From the NCBI GenBank assembly GCA_965227775.1, contig OZ245777.1, forward strand, positions 2,816,001 through 2,880,000: 64,000 bases of DNA. Direction: 5' to 3'. Below, one piece after another: positions 19,709-30,641 of this stretch. A program made the translations under genes and the position numbers. Position 1 is the stretch's first letter. Each line of letters starts with the position of its first letter. The notes under the pieces are model-generated. The model saw nothing but the letters and a program-made list of their open reading frames with translations, did no database searches and had not been told where the DNA came from. This DNA comes from Phycisphaerales bacterium (GTDB lineage: Bacteria > Planctomycetota > Phycisphaerae > Phycisphaerales > UBA1924).

Positions 19709-21880
19709 TCAGTCCATGGCACCCACGCCCAGCGTCCGCAGGACCAGGCTCTTGAGCGGACGGTGCAGCGGCGTTCGCTTGAACGCCGAGTTGATGCGAT
19801 CGATCGCTTGGTACCGCGGATTGCGAAGGTACACCGACTCGTGCTGCCTCAGTTCACCGGCCAGGATGCGGAGCGCCACGTCTGGGCGCGCTGCGAGCGC
19901 CGGGTGGCGCTGCGTGATGAGCGCCCGGAATCGAATCAGGTTTGGCTCACCGATTTCGTGACGCATCGACTCCTCTCGCTGGCGGTAGTAGATCAGCCGC
20001 TCGGGGATGACCTCGCAGCGGTAGTCGCGGCTGGCCAGCGCACAGTAGAAGTCCCAGTCCTCGTAGCTGGTCAGCCAGGCGTCGTATCCACCGACGTCCT
20101 CGATGGCGTCCTTGTTGATGAGCGCCACGCAGCACGAGCAGACATTGGCCGCGGGCAGCATGTCGCGCTCCAGGCCCAGCGGCAGCCAGACCCACGGGGC
20201 GTCCTCGTGCGTGCCAGGCGGATCGGGGAACGCGGCCACGATCGACGTCACCATCGCCAGCGGCCGGCTCGACTCGCTCGGCTGCTGGGCGGCGTGCACC
20301 GCCTTGGCGACAAACTCGGGGTGCAGCAGGTCGTCGGCATCCAGCGGCACGATCCACTTGGCGCGTGCCGCAGCAACGCCGGCGTTGCGGGCATCGCCAA
20401 GCCCGCCGTTGCGCTTGCGGACAACGCAGACCGACTCATCCCGATCGAGTTGATCGATCATGGCGATGCTGGCGGGATCGGTCGAGCCGTCGTCGACGAC
20501 GATGATCTCGGTGTTGGCGTGCGTCTGGGCCTTGGCGCTCTCAAGCGTCTGCGGCAACCAGCGGGCCATGTTGTAGAACGGGATGATGATCGAGGCATCG
20601 GGCGTGGTCGAGCCGTTGCTCGCAACTCGAGCGTCCGCGTACTCGGTCGTCTTGGCCATGCGTTGACGAGCCGACTCGATCGCTGCGCTCGTCTCACGCA
20701 CGATGCGGCCGGGATCGCACATCGTCGCGACACGCTGTGGCGCCACCGTTCTGACCTTCTCACGGAGTGCCTCGTCGGTGAGCGCCCGGCGGAGGGACTG
20801 CTTCAGACTCTCGATGCTGCCACTCTCGAAGAGCAGGCCGCTGACGCCGTCCTCGATCTGCTCGCTCATGCCGCCGGCGTTCGAGCCGACCACGAGCTTG
20901 CCGAGCGCGAGTGCCTCGAGGCACACATTGGGATAGTTTTCCCACAGCGACGGGAAGCAGCAGGCCGTCGCGCCGCGGATGGCCGGGCCGAGCTCGGCCC
21001 TGGGGCGGGGCGGGTCGAAGCGGAAACGCTCGGCGTGGGCGCGGCTGGCCAGCTTCTCCAGGTGCCGACGCATTGAGTCGCACGCCGGGCCGGTCATGGT
21101 GTCTCCGCCGATGAAGCGGACGTCGAAGTCCATCCCCTCGTCCATCAACTGCTGGGCCGCGCGCACGAGCAAGTGCACGCCCTTGCGGCGCTCGGCACGC
21201 CCGTAGAACAGGATGGTCGGCCGCTCGTACGTCTCGGCCGGACCCTTGCCCAGCTCCTCGACGCTGCCCATGTCGAACGCGTAGGGCACGACGAATCCTA
21301 GCTTTCGATCCTCGGCGACATCGGGGCCGTAACGGGCGCGCACCTTCTCGAGCAGGCTGGTGCAGGGAGACACGAGCGTGTCGGCATCTCGTAAGGCCTG
21401 GCCTTCGATCGCCAGGATCGTCGCCGTCTCACGGTCAAGCATGGCGTCGGCGTTCAGCTCGATGCAGTCGGCCAGCGGCGTGTGCAGGCGGATGGCCATG
21501 ACCGCGCCGTCGTACGAGCCCAGCGTCCGCCGGGACTTGAGCGCCAACCAGCCTTCGCCGCCGAAGTCGGGGAACTCGATGTAGTCGAACCGATGCTTCG
21601 CGTGGAGCTCAGACAGCTTCTCGTGCACGGCCATCGAGTGCTGTTCGAGGTGGCAGCGGAAGCCGTCGAGCGTGCACTGGCCGGCCTCGATATCCACCGC
21701 ATGGAACCGGACGCCCTCGTGGCTCTTGGGCCCATCTTCGAGCATGCTCGGGTGCGGCTCGCTCAACACGTGGACCTCGTGGCCCGCGGCGGCCCAAGCT
21801 CGGGCCATCAGAGAGACGTACACCCCAATCCCGGCACCCCAGAAGGGCGCGACCTCTCGGCTGACAAGGCAGATTCGCAT
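19709..21880 (-). CDS. Fused glycosyltransferase (GT4 N-terminal + GT2 C-terminal)
   Basis: GRAERRKG and PSLWENYPNVCLEAL (GT-B); IIIPFYN, VVDDGSTD, PLDADD, YEDWD (GT-A). Confidence 0.9.
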   Translation of the reverse strand: MRICLVSREVAPFWGAGIGVYVSLMARAWAAAGHEVHVLSEPHPSMLEDGPKSHEGVRFHAVDIEAGQCTLDGFRCHLEQHSMAVHEKLSELHAKHRFDYIEFPDFGGEGWLALKSRRTLGSYDGAVMAIRLHTPLADCIELNADAMLDRETATILAIEGQALRDADTLVSPCTSLLEKVRARYGPDVAEDRKLGFVVPYAFDMGSVEELGKGPAETYERPTILFYGRAERRKGVHLLVRAAQQLMDEGMDFDVRFIGGDTMTGPACDSMRRHLEKLASRAHAERFRFDPPRPRAELGPAIRGATACCFPSLWENYPNVCLEALALGKLVVGSNAGGMSEQIEDGVSGLLFESGSIESLKQSLRRALTDEALREKVRTVAPQRVATMCDPGRIVRETSAAIESARQRMAKTTEYADARVASNGSTTPDASIIIPFYNMARWLPQTLESAKAQTHANTEIIVVDDGSTDPASIAMIDQLDRDESVCVVRKRNGGLGDARNAGVAAARAKWIVPLDADDLLHPEFVAKAVHAAQQPSESSRPLAMVTSIVAAFPDPPGTHEDAPWVWLPLGLERDMLPAANVCSCCVALINKDAIEDVGGYDAWLTSYEDWDFYCALASRDYRCEVIPERLIYYRQREESMRHEIGEPNLIRFRALITQRHPALAARPDVALRILAGELRQHESVYLRNPRYQAIDRINSAFKRTPLHRPLKSLVLRTLGVGAMD

Positions 21881-22057
21881 GCGGCGGTGGCTCTCGCGGG
21901 TCGGGGGGGGTCGCGATGATCGGGCAGGCTCGACGCGGGACACCCCATCGTAGCTCGCAGCCCCGCCAAAGCCCCACCAGCGGCGTCTATCATCGCTCGC
22001 TCGGAGGGCCAGCAGAGCCCTCTCGAGCGAGCTTGCCACGACCCACGCGGAGCACCC

Positions 22058-23347
22058 ATGCCGTACACCATGCGACCGGACGAGGGCTACGGCCTGGACG
22101 TCGAATCTACCGGCTACCTGGCCGATCGCCCCGACACAGGCGACCGCTGGACGCTCAACTTCGGCCCCCAGCACCCCGCAACCCACACCACCCTCCGCCT
22201 CGTCCTCGAGCTTGACGGCGAGCGCGTTGCCCGCTGCACGCCGCACATCGGCTACCTCCACAGCGGCTTCGAAAAGCTGGGTGAGGCCCTGGACTACAAC
22301 CAATACGTGACCATCGTGTCGCGGATGAACTACCTGAGCCCCATAGCCAACGACATCGCGTGGCACAACGCCGTCGAGACGCTCTTTGGTATCGAGATCA
22401 CGCCCCGCTGCAAGGTGCTCCGCACGATCCTCGCCGAGCTAGCCCGCATCCAAGACCACTTGCTGTGTGTGGGCGCTGCGGCCCTTGACCTCGGGGCCAT
22501 CACCGGCTTCCTGTACAGCTTCAACCCGCGCGAGAAGATCTACGACATCATGGACTATGTCAGCGGCCAGCGGTACCACCCCGACTGGACGCGCGTGGGT
22601 GGCGCCATGCAGGACCTCCCCGACGAGGAGGTCTTCAAGCGCATGGTCAAGGCCTTCTGCCACGAGGACTGCCTCGTCGCCATCAAGGACCTGGAGACCC
22701 TCGTCGAGCGCAACCGCATCTTCATGGACCGCACCCGCGACATCGGCATCCTGAGCAAGGAAGACGCCATCGCGTGGAGCATCTCCGGCCCCATGGCCCG
22801 CTCGTCTGGCGTCGCGCGCGACCTCAGGAAGGACGCCCCCTACCTCTGCTTTGCCGACAACTGGGACGGCCAGGGCGCCGAGGCCGTCCGCTTCCAGGTG
22901 CCCGTCGCCGACCAGGGCGACGTCTACACCCGCTTCCTCGTGCGCGTCGAAGAGATCAAGCAAAGCGTCAAGATCATCGATCAGCTCATCGACAACATTC
23001 CGGGCGGCCCGCTCGACGCGTTCACCGACTCGAAGATGGTCAAACCGCCCAAGAACGAGGTGTACGGGTCGATCGAGGGCCTCATCCAGCACTTCGAGCT
23101 CATCATGAGCAACCGCGGGTGGAAGCCGCCGGTTGCCGAGGCCTACGCCGCTCAGGAGACGGCCAACGGCGAACTCGGCTACTTCATCGTAAGCGACGGC
23201 GGCCCCCGCCCCTGGCGCGCGCGCACCCGCCCGCCGACCTTTATGAACTACCAGATCATGGCGCTGATGACCGAGGGGCACATGCTGGCGGACGTGGTGG
23301 CGATTCTGGGCAGCATCAACGTGGTGGCGGCGGAACTCGATCGTTAG
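22058..23347 (+). CDS. nuoD: NADH-quinone oxidoreductase subunit D
   Basis: LNFGPQHPATH, IGYLHSGFEK, SRMNY, GELG, C-terminal ELDR; no NiFe CxxC motifs. Confidence 0.93.
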   Translation: MPYTMRPDEGYGLDVESTGYLADRPDTGDRWTLNFGPQHPATHTTLRLVLELDGERVARCTPHIGYLHSGFEKLGEALDYNQYVTIVSRMNYLSPIANDIAWHNAVETLFGIEITPRCKVLRTILAELARIQDHLLCVGAAALDLGAITGFLYSFNPREKIYDIMDYVSGQRYHPDWTRVGGAMQDLPDEEVFKRMVKAFCHEDCLVAIKDLETLVERNRIFMDRTRDIGILSKEDAIAWSISGPMARSSGVARDLRKDAPYLCFADNWDGQGAEAVRFQVPVADQGDVYTRFLVRVEEIKQSVKIIDQLIDNIPGGPLDAFTDSKMVKPPKNEVYGSIEGLIQHFELIMSNRGWKPPVAEAYAAQETANGELGYFIVSDGGPRPWRARTRPPTFMNYQIMALMTEGHMLADVVAILGSINVVAAELDR

Positions 23348-23385
23348 TCCGGACCACGCGGCCCACGACCGTCGAGGGACAAACC

Positions 23386-24627
23386 ATGCCCCTGGTCCGA
23401 ATACCCCCAGCCATCTGCCTCGTACTCATCCTCTCAGCGCTGCTTCCCGGCTGCGTTTCTCATCGCCTGTACAACGATGAGCCCCACGAGTACATCCGGA
23501 CCATATCCATCGAAGGCGAGTCAGCCGACAACATCGAGTTCGACCTTGCCATCATCGAATTCGATGATTCCGGCACGTTCTGGAAGCGTGAGCAGCTTGA
23601 GGACACCGTCGCGCTGATCCAGCGACGCAACGCCGAGTCTCTCGATGGCGTGATCGTCGTCCCGTTCGTGCACGGCTGGAAGAACAACGCCGACCCCGAC
23701 CTGCCCGATGGCGACCTGGCACAGTTCGAGGGCCGACTGGCTGGGATTGCTCGGACCCGGCTCGGTGCCGACGGCGCGCCCCCCAGGCTCATCGGTGTCT
23801 TTCTGGGCTGGCGCGGCGCAACTTCGCGCATCTGGCTGCAGGAGCAGCTGACGTTCTGGGATCGCCGCCAGGCCGCCGAGCGCATGGCCTCGCTGAACAT
23901 GCGCGAGGCGATGTTTCGCATCATGCGCGCGACCGGTGAGAACGAACGCTCGAAGTGCTTCATCGTCGGGCACTCAATGGGCGGTCTCATCGTGGGCAAG
24001 ACGCTGTCGCCTTCGGTCACCACGCTGCTGCTCTCCTACGGCAGCGAGGGCGTGCGCATGCCCGCCGCCCTGGTGCTCCTTCAGAACCCCGCCCTCGAGG
24101 CCCTCGCTTCGTGGCAGTTCATCGACTTCCTGAAGCGATCGGGGGCCCGCGTCGAGTTGCGACTGCCCGACGGTTCATCGGTCGATGCCCCGGGCCCGCT
24201 GATGGTCTCGTTCACCTCCGAGGCCGACACCGCCACCGGACTCTCGTACCCACTGGGGCGTCGGGTGTCGACGTTACTTGACAAGTTCCAGCCCGACTTC
24301 CGGACCGATGAGGATCCGCCGCGTCCGAGCCAGCGCTACCTCGCTACGCACGCCGAGGGGCACGTGGACTACCTGGTTAGCCACCGCGCGTGGGTCGATG
24401 AATCGGGCGAGGTCGTGCTGGAAGCGGTGCCGGGCGCGTGGAATGACACGCCGTACTGGGTGATTCGTGTGAGCCAGGACATCTCGGCGAACCACAGCGA
24501 CATCAGCAATCCGCGGCTCGCCGCGCTGATGGATCGCATCATCGATCTCAACCGCATTTATGAGTCGGGCGTGCAGACCTGGATGCTGACGGGCGACAGA
24601 GCGGCTGAAGGCAAGCCGGGCGGCTGA
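23386..24627 (+). CDS. Lipoprotein, alpha/beta hydrolase fold
   Basis: Lipobox LLPGC; FVHGWKNNA; nucleophile elbow GHSMGG. Confidence 0.75.
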   Translation: MPLVRIPPAICLVLILSALLPGCVSHRLYNDEPHEYIRTISIEGESADNIEFDLAIIEFDDSGTFWKREQLEDTVALIQRRNAESLDGVIVVPFVHGWKNNADPDLPDGDLAQFEGRLAGIARTRLGADGAPPRLIGVFLGWRGATSRIWLQEQLTFWDRRQAAERMASLNMREAMFRIMRATGENERSKCFIVGHSMGGLIVGKTLSPSVTTLLLSYGSEGVRMPAALVLLQNPALEALASWQFIDFLKRSGARVELRLPDGSSVDAPGPLMVSFTSEADTATGLSYPLGRRVSTLLDKFQPDFRTDEDPPRPSQRYLATHAEGHVDYLVSHRAWVDESGEVVLEAVPGAWNDTPYWVIRVSQDISANHSDISNPRLAALMDRIIDLNRIYESGVQTWMLTGDRAAEGKPGG

Positions 24628-24764
24628 GCCCCCGCTGCCGGAGGCCCACGCGCTCGCGTCGTCGCGCAGTTTGTTGGTCGTTTGAGCCGCTTTCTGCTCG
24701 CCGCTCGTCATATCCGTCGAGTCTTCGAGGACAGCGCAAGAACCACGGATGATGGGCCCATTCC

Positions 24765-25529
24765 CTAGGACGTCATCCCCGCCATCGCCTCGTTCAGACC
24801 CTCGAACGTCGGTGTGTACGCCCCACGCTCGGCCGCGAACCGCAGCGGCTCGCAGTGGCCGACGACGATCTCTCCCGACTCTGGCTGCGACTCGATGATC
24901 TCCATCGCCTCGGCGATGAACGCGTCCAGCGGCATCGCACGGGGGTCGTTGGCCTGGGTCTCGCCGGTCAGGTGAGTCTGCACGTATGGCGGGGCCAGTT
25001 CGATCACCTCGACGCTCGAACCGCGCAGCTGGTAGCGCAGCGACTCGGTGTATGAGTGCAGCGCCGCCTTCGTCGCCGAGTAGGTCGGCGCGTTGGCCAG
25101 CGGCACAAACGCCAGGCCGCTGGTGACGTTCATGATGGCCGACTTCTCCTGCTTGCGCAGCGTCGGCAGCAGCGCGTCGATCATGCGGATCGGTCCGAGC
25201 AGGTTGGTTGTGATCGCCTCTTCGGCGGCCTGCGTGCCGCCGGTCTCGAAACTCTCCCAGCCCATGATGCCCGCGTTGTTGATCAGGACGTTGACGCCAG
25301 GATGCTCGGTCACCAACTGGTCTGCGAACCTGCGGATGTCCGCGGGGTCGGCCACGTCAAGGGGCATGGCCTCCATGCCCGGGTTGGCCGCGACGGTTCC
25401 CTCGAGCCGCTCGCGCGACCGCCCGGAGATGATGACGCGGTTGCCCAGGCGGTGGAACGCCTCGGCCAGCCCCCGGCCGATGCCCGAGCCGCCTCCGGTG
25501 ATGAGGATGGTGTTACCTTTGGTGTTCAT
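24765..25529 (-). CDS. Short-chain dehydrogenase/reductase (DltE-like)
   Basis: TGGGSGIG, NNAG, SGLAFVP, YSATK. Confidence 0.92.
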   Translation of the reverse strand: MNTKGNTILITGGGSGIGRGLAEAFHRLGNRVIISGRSRERLEGTVAANPGMEAMPLDVADPADIRRFADQLVTEHPGVNVLINNAGIMGWESFETGGTQAAEEAITTNLLGPIRMIDALLPTLRKQEKSAIMNVTSGLAFVPLANAPTYSATKAALHSYTESLRYQLRGSSVEVIELAPPYVQTHLTGETQANDPRAMPLDAFIAEAMEIIESQPESGEIVVGHCEPLRFAAERGAYTPTFEGLNEAMAGMTS

Positions 25530-25699
25530 CGTGCGTGCTCCGTGTGCCGTTTCGTCTTTCCACGCTAGGAGTGGCTGCGAAAACATCGCACACTCGCACG
25601 ACCCGGAGTTCCCCTCGCAGTACGCCAGGGCCGCCCTGCGCCGCGTCTGCAACGCGCTCGAACCGCGCCCGTGCCAACAATCTGGGCCGGAGGCGCGCC

Positions 25700-26290
25700 A
25701 TCAAGCCCATCGGACCCGGCGAGACTGTCTGCCGCTCTGCACGCTCGACCTGGCGGTTCGCCCGGCGGCGACCTGTGCTCGCCGCGTGGCTGTGCATCGT
25801 GCTCGTCGCGTCGATCGGCCCATTCCTCGTCTTTGGGCTCGCGTACGAACCCGGCGGACACGGCGCGTGGGTCGCCAGCGGCGGCGGAGTGTACCGCTGG
25901 TCGATCGACCGCACGCTGGGCGCGCAAATTGGCGAGCCACACAGCACCCTGCGATGGGGACCGTCGACCACCAACTGGTCGAACTTCGCCTCCAATCGGC
26001 TCAATCTGTCGTACGTCCGGCCATCGACGACGGCATGGGTCATCGGCGCCCCGCCGTGGACGTTCCTGCTCGCTCCGACGCTGCTCGTCCTGGGCGCGCG
26101 ACGCGTCCGGCGGTTGCTCCAACACCGCCGGATGCGCCGCGAACGCAGGCTCGGTCGCACCCCCTGCCCCGCGTGCGGCTACGACGTGACCGGGCTGGCG
26201 ACGTGCCCCGAGTGCGGCGCGCGCAATGATGCTGCGGAGGCCTCGCAATGCCCCGAGCCCGAAGACACCCCCGCCAGCGACTCTCCTTGA
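25700..26290 (+). CDS. Membrane protein with C-terminal zinc ribbon, paralog 1 (start uncertain)
   Basis: LAAWLCIVLVASIGPFL...PPWTFLLAPTLLV...LGRTPCPACGYDVTGLATCPECG; no in-frame ATG near the N-terminus. Confidence 0.65.
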   Translation: MKPIGPGETVCRSARSTWRFARRRPVLAAWLCIVLVASIGPFLVFGLAYEPGGHGAWVASGGGVYRWSIDRTLGAQIGEPHSTLRWGPSTTNWSNFASNRLNLSYVRPSTTAWVIGAPPWTFLLAPTLLVLGARRVRRLLQHRRMRRERRLGRTPCPACGYDVTGLATCPECGARNDAAEASQCPEPEDTPASDSP

Positions 26291-26775
26291 TCGCCCGCAT
26301 CGCGCTCGCCGCGTGGCTGGTGTTCGTGGTGGTCGCGTCGGTCGGGCCGTTCCTGATCCACGCGGGATTCATCACGATCATCGGAGACCCAACGACTTCA
26401 CAGACGATCGACGTGTTTGTGGACGATGGCTCGATCGATATCTTGGGGCCGGGATGGCGAGGCCTGATCAATGGCTATGACTACGCACCATACTTCCAGT
26501 GGCGTCCCAGCGCACGCGAGTGGATCACGTTCGATCGCTTCGGTTGGCCATGGGAACGCTTGTTCTGGAGTATCGAGTTCCCGCCGTGGACGGTCCTGCT
26601 CGTTCCCACGCTTCTGGTCTTCACCGCACACCGCGTGCTGCGCTACCGCGCTCGCCGCAAGCCCACAAAGCTCGGGCGGACGCCCTGCCCCGCCTGCGGC
26701 TACGACGCGACGGGGCTTTCGGCCTGTCCAGAATGCGGCACCGAGATGGAACGCCCAACGCAGCCCGCACCATGA
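26248..26775 (+). CDS. Membrane protein with C-terminal zinc ribbon, paralog 2
   Basis: LAAWLVFVVVASVGPFL...PPWTVLLVPTLLV...LGRTPCPACGYDATGLSACPECG; GGAGG SD. Confidence 0.75.
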   Translation: MPRARRHPRQRLSLIARIALAAWLVFVVVASVGPFLIHAGFITIIGDPTTSQTIDVFVDDGSIDILGPGWRGLINGYDYAPYFQWRPSAREWITFDRFGWPWERLFWSIEFPPWTVLLVPTLLVFTAHRVLRYRARRKPTKLGRTPCPACGYDATGLSACPECGTEMERPTQPAP

Positions 26776-26827
26776 ACCCTCGCTCATCGCGTCCCCGCCG
26801 ACTGGCGACGCTCCGTAGCCTTGCACG

Positions 26828-27202
26828 ATGCCCGTGAAGAACGCCCAGAGCGCCGCCCGCGCCCTCGAGCGCGTCCGCACCGTCTCGAGCTGGATAGACA
26901 CGCGCTATCGCGTGCCGGGGACGTCGTTCCAGTTCGGCCTCGACCCCATCATCAGCCTCGTGCCGGTCGTTGGCGACACGGCCTCGCTCCTCATCAGCCT
27001 GTACCCGATCCTGGAGGCCGGCCGTGCGGGCGTGCGGCGGCGGGTGCTCGTGAAGATGCTCGCGAACCTGGGGCTCGACTGCCTGGTCGGGCTGGTCCCC
27101 GTGATCGGTGTGATCCCCGACGCGTGGTACAAGGCGAACACGCGGAACCTGAGACTGCTCGAGAAGGAACTCGATCCAGCAGCGCATACGGTTACGTCAT
27201 GA
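26828..27202 (+). CDS. DUF4112-family membrane protein
   Basis: DTRYRVPGTSFQFGLDPIISLVPVVGD...NLGLDCLVGLVPVIG..D..YKANTRN. Confidence 0.85.
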   Translation: MPVKNAQSAARALERVRTVSSWIDTRYRVPGTSFQFGLDPIISLVPVVGDTASLLISLYPILEAGRAGVRRRVLVKMLANLGLDCLVGLVPVIGVIPDAWYKANTRNLRLLEKELDPAAHTVTS

Positions 27203-27960
27203 GCACTCGGCGACCCTTCATCGGCGGCAACTGGAAGATGAACACGACCCGGGGCCAGGCCCTCGAGCTGGCCGCCGACGTCGGCCGTGCGGTGCGCGAC
27301 AGCGGGGCGCAGGTCGCCATCTACCCGCCCTTCGTGTGGCTCGAGACCATCCGCTCGAGCGTGGGCGCGACCGGGCTGCTGCTGGGCGCCCAGGACTGCT
27401 CGCCCCACGGCAACGGGGCGTTCACCGGCGATGTCTCGCTCGAGATGCTCAAGGAGTGCGGCGTGAGCACCGTGCTCATCGGCCACAGCGAGCGGCGGCA
27501 CGGCCTCGAGGAACCCGAGGAGCGCATCGCCGCGAAGCTCAAGGCCGTGCTGGGCGCGGGGCTGACGGCCGTCCTGTGCATCGGCGAAACGCTCAAGGAG
27601 CGCGACGCCGGCCGGACCGACGAGGTGAACGAGGCGCAGCTCCGCTCGGCGCTCGCGGGCACGAACATCGTCCGCAACGATCTGCTGGTCATCGCCTACG
27701 AGCCCGTCTGGGCCATCGGCACCGGCAAGACCGCGAGCGCCGCCGACGCCCAGGCCGCCCACGAGCGCATCCGGTCGGTGCTCGGCACCGTGCTTGGCGG
27801 CAATGCAGCGAGTGCGATCCGAGTCATCTACGGCGGCTCGATGAAGCCGGGCAACGCCGAAGAACTGATGGGCCAGCCCGACGTCGACGGCGGCCTCATC
27901 GGCGGCGCGTCCCTGAAGGCCGAGGACTTCCTCGCCATCGTCAACGCCGCCAAGGCATAA
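27199..27960 (+). CDS. tpiA: Triosephosphate isomerase
   Basis: GGNWKMN, GHSERR, AYEPVWAIGTG, YGGS, DGGLIGGASL; ATGA overlap with upstream gene. Confidence 0.98.
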   Translation: MSTRRPFIGGNWKMNTTRGQALELAADVGRAVRDSGAQVAIYPPFVWLETIRSSVGATGLLLGAQDCSPHGNGAFTGDVSLEMLKECGVSTVLIGHSERRHGLEEPEERIAAKLKAVLGAGLTAVLCIGETLKERDAGRTDEVNEAQLRSALAGTNIVRNDLLVIAYEPVWAIGTGKTASAADAQAAHERIRSVLGTVLGGNAASAIRVIYGGSMKPGNAEELMGQPDVDGGLIGGASLKAEDFLAIVNAAKA

Positions 27961-27961
27961 G

Positions 27962-27985
27962 AAAACCGCGTGCTCTCGCACGCGG
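27962..27985 (-). terminator. Intrinsic terminator between convergent tpiA and ahcY
   Basis: ccgcgtgc-tctc-gcacgcgg 8-bp stem; AAAA on + strand gives a U-tract for the ahcY transcript. Confidence 0.6.
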
Positions 27986-28067
27986 CTCCTGAGATCAGTC
28001 ACGCCAGCGGTTCAATGCGTCGGGCGCAAGCCCGCGAACGGCCCCGCCGGCGAGGCGTCAAGACGAC

Positions 28068-29558
<1,491 letters not shown>

Positions 29559-29663
29559 GTGTTCGTTCCTCTTCCTTGCCAATTTGGCTTCAGTTCAGTT
29601 TCGATGTTTGTTGTGGTTTCCACACGCCCCTCATTACTCCGGGGCCAATTCTTCATTAGTTCG

Positions 29664-30623
29664 TCATGTCTGCTTCTGTCGGAGACGTGCCGTCGCAGCG
29701 AACACCTCCGGTCCTCGTGCGACAGGCGAGCTTCGCAGCGTGCGATGCCCCTGGATCACCAGCCCGGCCGCGGATGCCCACCCATCGAGCTGCACGGGCG
29801 AGATGCCGAGCCAGCGATGCCCCATCTCAAGGCGAAACTCCTCCCGAGCGTGCGGCTGCATATCGACGATGAGCACGCGCCCGTGCTGCTTGAGCACACG
29901 CGCTGCCTCTCGAAGCGCAGCTTCGGGGCGCTCCAGGTGGTGCAGCACCAGCCCAAACACGGCCAAGTCGACGCTCGCATCATCGAGTGGCAACCGCTCG
30001 GCATCTCCGAGCACGAGCTCGACGTTCGCTGGCGTTCCCAGCCTCGTACGCGCCGCGTCGAGCATCGTTGGTTCGCGATCGATGCCGATGACACGTGCCG
30101 CGACCGGTGCGAGCATCCCAGTAAACACACCGGTACCGCAACCAATGTCGGCGACCACCATGTCGCTGGGCAAGAGCGATGCGATCGCTTCCCCCGCGTA
30201 CCGCTCGCCGAAGAGCTCGCGGCTGACGTCGTCCCACTCCGCCCCCACCCGGCCGAAGAACGCGGCTGATCCCGGCCTGCGATCGGCGATCACGGCGCGT
30301 AGGCGTCGCATGTCCGCCTCAAGCTCATCTCCGTCCGTCGCCTCGCGGACCTGGCTCCAGACTCCTCGCAACTCTGGTGGAAGGTCATCACTCACGCACC
30401 GGTACAGCGTGGCAGTGCCCGCGGCACGGCGCTGCACCCAGCCGTGTTCAGCCAAGAGCTTCAGCCGGCGACTCACCGTCGATTGCGGGAGTTGCAGAAC
30501 CTGGGCGATCTCGCCGACGGCCAATTCCTCCGCCTCGAGCACACGGAGAATGCGCAGACGCACGGCGTCGGCGATGGCCGAGAGGGCAGCAGCAATGTCA
30601 TGGAGTGTGTCGGCGGTCTTCAT
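29664..30623 (-). CDS. ArsR-family regulator fused to SAM-dependent methyltransferase domain (SahR/SamR-like)
   Basis: ArsR HTH (RLRILRVL...QSTVSRRLKLL) plus VADIGCGTG, LVLHH, EMGHRWLG; directly upstream of ahcY. Confidence 0.88.
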   Translation of the reverse strand: MKTADTLHDIAAALSAIADAVRLRILRVLEAEELAVGEIAQVLQLPQSTVSRRLKLLAEHGWVQRRAAGTATLYRCVSDDLPPELRGVWSQVREATDGDELEADMRRLRAVIADRRPGSAAFFGRVGAEWDDVSRELFGERYAGEAIASLLPSDMVVADIGCGTGVFTGMLAPVAARVIGIDREPTMLDAARTRLGTPANVELVLGDAERLPLDDASVDLAVFGLVLHHLERPEAALREAARVLKQHGRVLIVDMQPHAREEFRLEMGHRWLGISPVQLDGWASAAGLVIQGHRTLRSSPVARGPEVFAATARLRQKQT

Positions 30624-30641
30624 CCGTGTATCCGGATGAAG
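30618..30641. promoter_or_regulatory. Palindromic operator candidate for the ArsR/SahR-like regulator
   Basis: CTTCATCCG-N6-CGGATGAAG perfect inverted repeat covering the start codon and abutting a TACACT -10-like hexamer on the - strand. Confidence 0.65.

Noticed and set aside
22058..23347. Possible NiFe-hydrogenase large subunit
   Set aside because: Lacks both CxxC nickel-binding motifs and has NuoD signatures
29559..29663. SAH or SAM riboswitch upstream of ahcY
   Set aside because: Could not match the conserved core sequences by eye; kept only as a low-interest structured spacer
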